NCBI GenBank assembly: GCA_963752475.1
Contig: CAVVYR010000007.1
Coordinates: 128,001 to 192,000, forward strand
Source of the DNA: an uncultured Chloroflexia bacterium
GTDB taxonomy: Bacteria > Chloroflexota > Limnocylindria > Limnocylindrales > CSP1-4
Length of the DNA stretch: 64,000 nt
Reading direction: 5' to 3'
Shown piece by piece: positions 57,197-64,000 of the stretch. The first letter of the stretch is position 1, and each line of letters begins with the position of its first letter. A program made the translations under genes and the position numbers. The notes under the pieces are model-generated. The model had not been told where the DNA came from. It saw nothing but the letters and a program-made list of their open reading frames with translations, and did not search any database.

Positions 57197-57304
57197 GCCG
57201 GCACCGGTACGAAGCTGTGCGACCGGTCGCGAGGACCAGGGTAGAGAGGGACCCATCCCCGTCGCCGAGCCGGTTCGACATGTCTCGAGGAGGAGACAAC
57301 GGGT

Positions 57305-57622
57305 TTGCTACGACCGCCGGAGATGACCGAGCAGCTCACGGAGTCCCCAGACTTCCGCGGCTACGATGTCGACGATGTCGAAGTCGTCGCGCGCGAGATC
57401 ACGATGCGCGGCGCCGTCGTGCCCGCCGTGTTGTTCCTGGAGGCGAACCGGGGTGCTGGTTCGCTCGATGCACTGGGTATGCTCTTCTTCGACCCCGCCA
57501 TCCGCAGCATCTTCGGGGGTGGCGACCCGGGCGCCAGCAGCCTCCTCGCCGACGACTACAGCATCGAGCGCCTCATCGATCGCCTCGAGGAGCTCGACGT
57601 CGAGTTCGGTCGCGACGCCTAG
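57305..57622 (+). CDS. Small acidic hypothetical protein (105 aa)
   Basis: SD GGAGGAG (57289-57295) before TTG; GC3-rich codons; VAREITMRGAVVPAVLFLE...FFDP segment. Alternative ATG start 57323. Confidence 0.7.
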   Translation: MLRPPEMTEQLTESPDFRGYDVDDVEVVAREITMRGAVVPAVLFLEANRGAGSLDALGMLFFDPAIRSIFGGGDPGASSLLADDYSIERLIDRLEELDVEFGRDA

Positions 57623-57662
57623 GCGCAGGCCAGCTGCGCCGGTCCCGGCTACCATCTGACGC

Positions 57663-59288
57663 GTGACCCAGGAAACACCCGCCTTCTTCACGCTCGACCG
57701 CGGCACCGTCAGCACGACCGCGGCGCTCATCGCACCGGTCGAAGACCGCTACCGCATGGTCGCCGCCGCCGCGGCTCCGATCGCCGTGGACCCCGAGTCC
57801 GTGCTCGAGGATCTGGCCTGGCGCGTGGCTCGCACCGACGCCTCGGTGGCCGGCTCCATGGAGGGCTGGCGCGACTGGTCGCGACTCGAGGTCTTCACCG
57901 GTCGCCCGCCCCGGGCCGTGCTCCTGGCGGCATCGGAGGCTGCCGGTGAGCTGCTCGAGCGAGCCTTCGCCGGTGCAGGCTGGACCATCGCTGCTCGTTT
58001 CTTCGGTCCGAACCCGGACATCGTCGGCCTCGGCGAAGCCTGCCTCGACCTGGCCACGGATGCGGTGGTGATGGGTGGTCGCGAGGGCGCAGCCGAGGAA
58101 GAGCAGGCCAAGGCGCAGCAGCTGTGGCCCCGGGCCGCCTCGCTGGCCCGTTTCCGCGACGATCTCGCGGTCATCGCCTGCGGTCCCTTCGTGGACCGAC
58201 CCGAAGGCATCCCCGACGGCCGCCTCTTCTCGCTACCGGCGCCCGAGAACGTCCCCATCACATCCGAGTCCATGCTCCGCAGCGCCGCGCTGCAGGTCGG
58301 CCGGCACCTCGCCGATGGCGGTGCCTCGCCCGGGATCGATGCGCGGACCGCGTTACGCGCCTCGGTAGCCTCGCTCGCCTCCGTCCTCGGCACCACCGTC
58401 GACGGCATCGAGATCGGCGCGACGGCAGGTTCGCGCACGCTGGCCGGTCCGAGCGCTGAGCAGGGACATGCTGTCTTCGCCTCCGCCGGCATGCTCCCGC
58501 GTGAGCTGCTCGAGGACGAACAGGCCGGCGACGCGGTGCTGCGTTGGTGCACGCTCGGCGGCGGTGACCCTGCCGCCCGGCTTGATGGCCTGCGTGACAT
58601 GGCCCTGAACCCGTGGGCCGCAACGGGCACCGACGGCGCCCGCCTTCGCATGGCTGCCCTGCGTGGAGCCCTCGACCGGCTCGAGTCCACCTGGCACGGT
58701 GCCGATCCGGATCGAAGCGAGCGACGCGGTGCGGGGGTCATCGTCCTCGGCGGCGGTGCCTTCTCCGGTCTGCCTCCCGCGGCCGTGGCCCTGGCCGTCG
58801 TCGACGCCGTGCGACGCGCGGGCGCGGTGAGCCTGCTCCATGACCAAGCTGGCATCCTGGCGCCACTCGGCGCCCTACCCGTCGAGTCCGACCGCCAGCG
58901 GCTGCTCTCGGATCTCATGAGCGACGGCCTCCTGGCCCTCGGTAGCGCCATCGTCACCGGCACCATCCCCGAACGCAAGAAGGACAAGGCGCCCATGGCC
59001 CTGAGCATCGCCAGCATCCTCGGGGATCAGCGGCTGCGACTCGAACCCGGCCAGCTCCAGCTGGTCGACCTGCCGCCCGGCGTCACCGCCCGCATCGGCA
59101 TCGATGCCGATGACGACTCGTTCCTGGGTAGCGAAGGTGGCCCCATCACGATGGAGCTCAGTGGCGGTCTCGGTGGCCTCTTCGTGGACACGCGACCGAT
59201 CCCGCTGGAGCTGCCCTCCGGCGGTGAGGCGCGCCGTGCCGCGCTGGAGGCCTGGGAAGCGCCGACCTGGGTCGGGAGCGAACGATGA
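57663..59288 (+). CDS. Divergent GlmL/MutL-like (glutamate mutase L family) ASKHA-fold protein
   Basis: Phosphate-1-like LDRGTVSTTAAL..VEDRYRMVA, phosphate-2-like GIEIGAT, adenosine-like VIVLGGGAFS, C-terminal GGLGGLFVDTRPIPLELP...RRAALEAW; family assignment by recall only. Confidence 0.65.
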   Translation: MTQETPAFFTLDRGTVSTTAALIAPVEDRYRMVAAAAAPIAVDPESVLEDLAWRVARTDASVAGSMEGWRDWSRLEVFTGRPPRAVLLAASEAAGELLERAFAGAGWTIAARFFGPNPDIVGLGEACLDLATDAVVMGGREGAAEEEQAKAQQLWPRAASLARFRDDLAVIACGPFVDRPEGIPDGRLFSLPAPENVPITSESMLRSAALQVGRHLADGGASPGIDARTALRASVASLASVLGTTVDGIEIGATAGSRTLAGPSAEQGHAVFASAGMLPRELLEDEQAGDAVLRWCTLGGGDPAARLDGLRDMALNPWAATGTDGARLRMAALRGALDRLESTWHGADPDRSERRGAGVIVLGGGAFSGLPPAAVALAVVDAVRRAGAVSLLHDQAGILAPLGALPVESDRQRLLSDLMSDGLLALGSAIVTGTIPERKKDKAPMALSIASILGDQRLRLEPGQLQLVDLPPGVTARIGIDADDDSFLGSEGGPITMELSGGLGGLFVDTRPIPLELPSGGEARRAALEAWEAPTWVGSER

Positions 59289-60361
59289 CCGAGCCCACGG
59301 TCGCGAACGAACCGTTCCAGCAGCCGGATCCCGCGCGCTTCGTGCCGCCGGCCGCCCGGCCCGCGACCGGACGCCTGCTGCGCATCCCGTTGCACCTCGC
59401 CGACCGGCCGCTGGTTGCACCTGGCCAGCCGGTGGAGCTGGGTCAGCCCATCATCGAGCACTTCCGAGAGCAGGAGGCGGTGGAGGTCGAGAGCAGTGCC
59501 GCCTTCATCGGTGTCCCGCCAGGGGCGGTACTGGACGATGTGCCCGCTGATTCATCGGGCCGCCTCGGCCGACGCTCGAGTGAGGGCACCTACCGCACGC
59601 GCGTCTGCGAGCACGGCCGTGACGGGATCACCCGCCTCGTGGCCGGATCGGCCGAGGTCGTGATCAGCGCTCCCGCGAGCGGCGTCATCGAGAGCGTCAC
59701 GCCCGGTCGCATCGAGCTGCGTGCGACGGGCCTGGCCGTCGATACGCGAGTCGGCTGGGGTCGCCCCACCACGGGTCGCATCCTCATGGCCGTCGATGCC
59801 CGTGACGCGGAGATCCAGACCTCGCGCATCGACATCGCCGCCGCCGGCGCCATCCTCGTGGTCGGCTCGCGCATCGACATCGAAGCCGTTTCGCGAGCGC
59901 GCGCCATCGGCGCGGCCGCCGTCATCTCGGGCGGCGTGGCCAGCCGTGACCTGCGCCAGCTGACCTCGTCGGAGGCTCGCCAATCGTCCGCCTTGCACGC
60001 GGCTGCACCCTTCGGGCTGGCGGCCATGGGCGGCTACGGTCGCGCCCCCATCCCATCACACCTGTGGGACCTGCTGGCAGCCGCCGACGGCCGACAGGCG
60101 GGTCTGCTGCCAGCGTCGAAGACGCTCATCATCGATGGCGACCCGGCGCCGTTGCTCGAGGCAGCCTCGCGGCCGGCCGGTACCGTGCGCGTCGTCAGCG
60201 GCGACCACCGGGATCACGAAGGTCGCCTCGTGGGCCTCTCCGGGCCCCGGCGCTGGGATGGCGGCGACTACGCCCCCGGTGGCTTCGTCGAGCTGCGCGG
60301 TGCTGGCGGTCAGCTCGAGCGCCACTGCGTGCCGCTGACCATCCTGGAGCGACTCGGCTAA
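59285..60361 (+). CDS. Hypothetical protein with barrel-sandwich-hybrid-like, alpha/beta and C-terminal KOW-like segments
   Basis: VAPGQPVELGQPI...ISAPASGVIESV half-motifs, GAILVVG...GAAAVISGG, VRVVSGDHRDHEGRLV; ATGA overlap with the upstream gene. Confidence 0.7.
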   Translation: MTEPTVANEPFQQPDPARFVPPAARPATGRLLRIPLHLADRPLVAPGQPVELGQPIIEHFREQEAVEVESSAAFIGVPPGAVLDDVPADSSGRLGRRSSEGTYRTRVCEHGRDGITRLVAGSAEVVISAPASGVIESVTPGRIELRATGLAVDTRVGWGRPTTGRILMAVDARDAEIQTSRIDIAAAGAILVVGSRIDIEAVSRARAIGAAAVISGGVASRDLRQLTSSEARQSSALHAAAPFGLAAMGGYGRAPIPSHLWDLLAAADGRQAGLLPASKTLIIDGDPAPLLEAASRPAGTVRVVSGDHRDHEGRLVGLSGPRRWDGGDYAPGGFVELRGAGGQLERHCVPLTILERLG

Positions 60362-60372
60362 CCTGCCCGCCG

Positions 60373-60873
60373 ATGACCGATCCCGATCTCCGACACCTCG
60401 CGCTAGGCGTGAGCACCGTCTCGACCCAGGACACGCGCGACTTCGCCGCCACCCTCGCCCCCTCGGCCCGAGCGGGTGATCGGCTCGCGCTGGTGGGCCC
60501 GCTGGGTGCGGGCAAGACGCAGTTCGCCAAGGGCTTCGCCCTCGGTCTCGGCATCGATGACGTCGTCAACAGCCCCAGCTTCACGCTGATGGCCGAGTAC
60601 GACGGACGCCTCACGCTCTTCCATCAGGACCTCTATCGGCTCGAAGGTGCCGACGAGGTGCTCGCGGGTGGTCTGCTCGATGAACGTCAGGACGATGGCG
60701 TCACGCTCAGCGAGTGGGCCGACCGGCTCGACGAAGGCCTCGATCCTGCGCGCCTGACCGTGACCATCGAGCCCACCGGTGCCGAGACCCGAGATATCGA
60801 GATCAGTGGTCACGGTGAGGTCGCGCGGCGCTACATCGAAGCGGCCCGAGCCTGGCGGGGGGCGATGGCATGA
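60373..60873 (+). CDS. tsaE: tRNA threonylcarbamoyladenosine biosynthesis ATPase TsaE
   Basis: GPLGAGKT, VNSPSFTL, HQDLYRL, EWA; ATG 60373 within track ORF 60064..60873. Confidence 0.94.
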   Translation: MTDPDLRHLALGVSTVSTQDTRDFAATLAPSARAGDRLALVGPLGAGKTQFAKGFALGLGIDDVVNSPSFTLMAEYDGRLTLFHQDLYRLEGADEVLAGGLLDERQDDGVTLSEWADRLDEGLDPARLTVTIEPTGAETRDIEISGHGEVARRYIEAARAWRGAMA

Positions 60874-61544
60874 CGGACGGACTCATCCTCGCGGTCGACA
60901 CCTCGACCCGTGCCAGCATCGTGGTGCTGGGAGCCGGGGAGCCGCTGGCGGTCAGCCGCCGCGACGTCCAGCATCGCCATGGCTCACATGTGCTCGAGCA
61001 GGTCGACGAGGTCCTCGAGGCGGCCGGCCGGCTGCTTGACGAGGTGGCCGTGCTGGCCGTGGGCACCGGCCCTGGCTCGTTCACTGGCCTGCGCGTGGGC
61101 TTGGCCACGGCCAAGACCATCGCCTATGCCCGAGGGCTGCCGCTCGTAGGCGTGATGTCGTCCGACGCCTTGCGCCTTGCGGCAACCGACGCGGGAGCGG
61201 CGTCCGATGCGGCCGTGGTGCTGCCAGCGGGCGCGCGAGACCACTACCTCGCCCGAGCCGGCGTCGACCCGGTGCTCATCGCACCTGGGTCCCTGGCTGA
61301 CGAGCTGGCCGGTGCGCCCGTGCTGGCGGTGGACATGGACGACGGACTGCTCGGCGGTGCGGCCGCACGCCTGGGTGCCGCGGCTGTCGAGGGCATGCCC
61401 GCAGCGCTGCTGCAGCTGGCCGCAGCCCGCGTGGCTGCGGGTCAGCTCGACGACGTCGCCGAGCTGACCCCGGCCTACGTGGCCCTGCCCCGAGGCGTGA
61501 AGCGCGCCGCAGAGGACCTGGGATGGTCGCCCGACCTCCGGTGA
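60870..61544 (+). CDS. tsaB: tRNA threonylcarbamoyladenosine biosynthesis protein TsaB
   Basis: ILAVDTST, GTGPGSFTGLRVGLATAK, PAY. Confidence 0.95.
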   Translation: MTDGLILAVDTSTRASIVVLGAGEPLAVSRRDVQHRHGSHVLEQVDEVLEAAGRLLDEVAVLAVGTGPGSFTGLRVGLATAKTIAYARGLPLVGVMSSDALRLAATDAGAASDAAVVLPAGARDHYLARAGVDPVLIAPGSLADELAGAPVLAVDMDDGLLGGAAARLGAAAVEGMPAALLQLAAARVAAGQLDDVAELTPAYVALPRGVKRAAEDLGWSPDLR

Positions 61545-62108
61545 GGCTGACGGTCGCGGAGATGACCGCCCAGGACATCCCCGCCGTCCACGCCATCGAG
61601 AGCGCCTCGTTCCCCACGCCGTGGCCGCCCTATGCCTTCCGTCAGGAGCTGGAGACGAACCGTCTCGCTCGCTACATCGTGGTGCGCGCCGGGGCCCGTG
61701 TCATCGCCTATGCCGGCATCTGGCTCATGGTCGATGAGGCCCACGTGACCACGTTCGCGGTGCTGCCGGCGTATCGCCGGCGCGGCATCGGTGGGCTCCT
61801 GCTGGTCGAGCTGATGGAGCTCTCAGCCGACCTCGGTGCCGCCGTCTGCACCCTCGAGGTTCGGCTCAGCAATTCCGCCGCGCGCAAGCTCTACCAGGAG
61901 TTCGGCTTCAAGCCCGTGGGCGTTCGCCCGCGCTACTACACCGACAATGGCGAGGACGCCCTCATCATGACGACCGACCGCCTCTCCGAACCGGAGATGC
62001 AGCGGCTGGTGAACGACAAACGCCGTCGCTACGCCATCGACGTGTTGCCCGACGACCCGGGCTTCGCGCCCGATCCCGATCGATCCTCCGGAGGTGCTGG
62101 ACCAGTGA
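61523..62108 (+). CDS. rimI: Ribosomal-protein-alanine N-acetyltransferase RimI (in frame with tsaD as sequenced)
   Basis: IESASFPTPW, RRRGIG GNAT motif, TLEVRLSN, RPRYYTDNGEDALIM; end inferred from a probable TGA at 62106-62108. Confidence 0.88.
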
Positions 62109-63172
62109 GCAGCGGACGCATCCTGTCGGTCGAGTCCTCCTGCGACGAGACTGCGGTCGCCGTCGTCGAGGGCGGTCGCCGCATCGTGGCCAGTGTCGTC
62201 GCCAGCCAGGTGCAGCTGCACTCTGCCACCGGTGGCATCGTGCCTGAGGTCGCCGCGCGTGCTCATCTGCGCTGGATGGTGCCGGTGCTCGACGAGGCCC
62301 GCTCTCGTGCTGGCATCGAGGACTGGGGCGAGCTCGACGCGGTGGCCGTGACCGAGGGACCCGGCCTCGCCGGCTCGCTGCTGGTGGGCATCACCATGGC
62401 CAAGACGCTGGCCTGGACTTCGGGCCTGCCGCTGGTGCCGGTGAACCACCTCGAGGGCCACATCTACGCCGCCTGGCTGCTCGATCCCGACGAAGAGGAG
62501 AAGCCTGCGCCCCGGTTCCCGCTGGTCGCGCTCGTGGTCAGCGGCGGTCACACCTTCATCGTGGAGATGGAGGACCACCTCAGGTACCGCCTGCTGGGCC
62601 AGACCGTCGACGATGCTGCCGGCGAAGCCTTCGACAAGGTGGGGCGATTGCTGGGCCTCTCGTACCCGGGTGGCCCGGCCATCATGAAGGCCGCTGCCGG
62701 CGCCACCGCCTGCGATCGACGTTTCCCGCGGGCCTGGATGGGTGAGTCCTACGACTTCTCGTTCTCGGGCCTCAAGACCGCTGCCCGACACCAGGTGGCC
62801 GAGGCCCTCGGGTTGCCCGCGGAGTCGCGTGAGCTCGACGGCTCCGATCTGCCGGAGGCCGATGTGGCCGAGTTGGCCTGGGGCTTCCAGGACTCGGTCG
62901 TGGACGTGCTCTCATCCAAGCTCCTGCGCGCCGCTCGCGAGCTGGGTGCGAAGTCGATCATCCTGGGCGGTGGCGTGGCCGCCAACGCCGTCCTGCGCGA
63001 TCGCATCGACGAAGGCGCCCGCGGCCTGGGCCTGCCGCTGATCGTGCCGCGGCCGGGCCTGTGCACCGACAACGCGGCCATGATCGGGGCCGCGGGCTAC
63101 CACCGATACGGTGCCGGTGAGCGCAGCGACCGATCGCTCGACGCCCGGCCGTCGTACAAGCTGGCCGTCTGA
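62105..63172 (+). CDS. tsaD: tRNA N6-adenosine threonylcarbamoyltransferase TsaD
   Basis: ILSVESSCDETA, GGIVPEVAARAH, NHLEGHI, SGGHT, DDAAGEAFDK, FSFSGLKTA, TDNAAMIG; SD GGAGGT plus GTG at 62105. Confidence 0.95.
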   Translation: MSSGRILSVESSCDETAVAVVEGGRRIVASVVASQVQLHSATGGIVPEVAARAHLRWMVPVLDEARSRAGIEDWGELDAVAVTEGPGLAGSLLVGITMAKTLAWTSGLPLVPVNHLEGHIYAAWLLDPDEEEKPAPRFPLVALVVSGGHTFIVEMEDHLRYRLLGQTVDDAAGEAFDKVGRLLGLSYPGGPAIMKAAAGATACDRRFPRAWMGESYDFSFSGLKTAARHQVAEALGLPAESRELDGSDLPEADVAELAWGFQDSVVDVLSSKLLRAARELGAKSIILGGGVAANAVLRDRIDEGARGLGLPLIVPRPGLCTDNAAMIGAAGYHRYGAGERSDRSLDARPSYKLAV

Positions 63173-63174
63173 CC

Positions 63175-64000
63175 GTGGCACGCGACGGGACCGAGCTCGA
63201 TCCCGCGCACCTCGGCCCCGAGGCGGTCGAGCGCTACCTGAAGCGCCACTGGCTGGGCGCGCGCAAGTCGCTCTCGCAGAACCACCTCGCCGACGGGCTC
63301 GTGCTCGAGCGCATCATCGAGGTCGCGGAGGTGACGCCGGGAGAGCACATCGTGGAGGTCGGGCCCGGCGTGGGCATCCTCACCGCGCAGCTGCTCGCCG
63401 CCGGTGCCGAGATCACCGCGGTCGAGCTCGATCATCGGCTGGCCGGACATCTGCGGTCCCGCTTCGAGGAGGAGACGCGGCTGACACTGGTGGAGGATGA
63501 CTTCCTCGATGTCGAAGTCGCCGACGTGGCCTCCGACCCGTGGGCCCTCGTGGCCAACGTGCCCTACCACATCACGAGCCCCATCCTGCACCACGTTCTC
63601 GGCGCCGACCCTCGCCCGACGCGCTTCGTGATGATGGTCCAGAAGGAGGTCGCCGAGCGCATCGCCTCGCCGCCGGGCGGCATGAGCTACCTGTCGGTCT
63701 TCGTCCAGTACCACGCACATGTGGAGGTCGCCTTCACCGTGCCGGCTGCCGCGTTCGAGCCCGCGCCGGAGGTCGACTCTGCCATCCTCACCGGAACCAC
63801 CCGCGAACGGCGGTTGGGCGAGGAGGACGAGGATGAGCTATGGCGCCTGGTGCAGGCCGGGTTCCGCGAGCGCCGCAAGATGATCCACAACGTGCTGGCC
63901 CGCCAGCTGTCAGGCCTCGATCGCGAGCGTGTGGGCGCCGGCCTCGCCGCTTGCGACATCGCCCCCGACCGGCGACCCCAGACGCTCGCGGTCGATGAGT
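63175..64000 (+). CDS. rsmA: 16S rRNA m6,2A1518/1519 dimethyltransferase RsmA/KsgA (3'-partial); not in the ORF track
   Basis: Hand translation from GTG 63175: KSLSQNHL, VEVGPGVGILT, AVELD, VANVPYHIT, MVQKEVAERI, FEPAPEVDS; open to the window end. Confidence 0.93.
   Translation, partial: MARDGTELDPAHLGPEAVERYLKRHWLGARKSLSQNHLADGLVLERIIEVAEVTPGEHIVEVGPGVGILTAQLLAAGAEITAVELDHRLAGHLRSRFEEETRLTLVEDDFLDVEVADVASDPWALVANVPYHITSPILHHVLGADPRPTRFVMMVQKEVAERIASPPGGMSYLSVFVQYHAHVEVAFTVPAAAFEPAPEVDSAILTGTTRERRLGEEDEDELWRLVQAGFRERRKMIHNVLARQLSGLDRERVGAGLAACDIAPDRRPQTLAVDE

Noticed and set aside
57217-57666. 149-aa Arg-rich ORF overlapping 57305..57622
   Set aside because: Alternative-frame shadow; the 57305 frame has the SD, GC3 bias and protein-like composition

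Overview
High-GC bacterial chromosomal core region. Every supported gene lies on the + strand. Gene order and protein features suggest Chloroflexota, possibly the Limnocylindria/Ellin6529 lineage (inference only). Order: rpsA; clpC-radA-PIN/TRAM-ispDF-cysS-rlmB; tRNA-Thr/Tyr/Thr-tuf-rpmG-tRNA-Trp-secE-nusG-rplKAJL; rpoBC; a contiguous str-S10-spc-alpha ribosomal superoperon (rpsL to rplQ, then truA-rplM-rpsI); a TPR gene; cdaA-cdaR-glmM-glmS-acpS-nnrD-alr; a three-gene uncharacterised module; tsaE-tsaB-rimI/tsaD-rsmA (partial). No mobile element, CRISPR array or rRNA was seen. The best candidate for an undescribed system is the module at 57305-60361: a small acidic protein, a degenerate GlmL/MutL-like ASKHA-fold protein and a barrel-sandwich/KOW-like partner, with no B12 mutase in the window. 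Other notable signals: a ~163-nt rod-like hairpin between rpoC and rpsL, strong dominance of TAG stops in translation genes, recurrent acidic low-complexity tails, a tRNA-Tyr with G37, structured leaders and probable leaderless genes. About five apparent 1-2 bp indels (rpsA, rpsQ, nnrD twice, rimI/tsaD) suggest consensus errors in the assembly. All calls come from reading motifs by eye, with no database searches.
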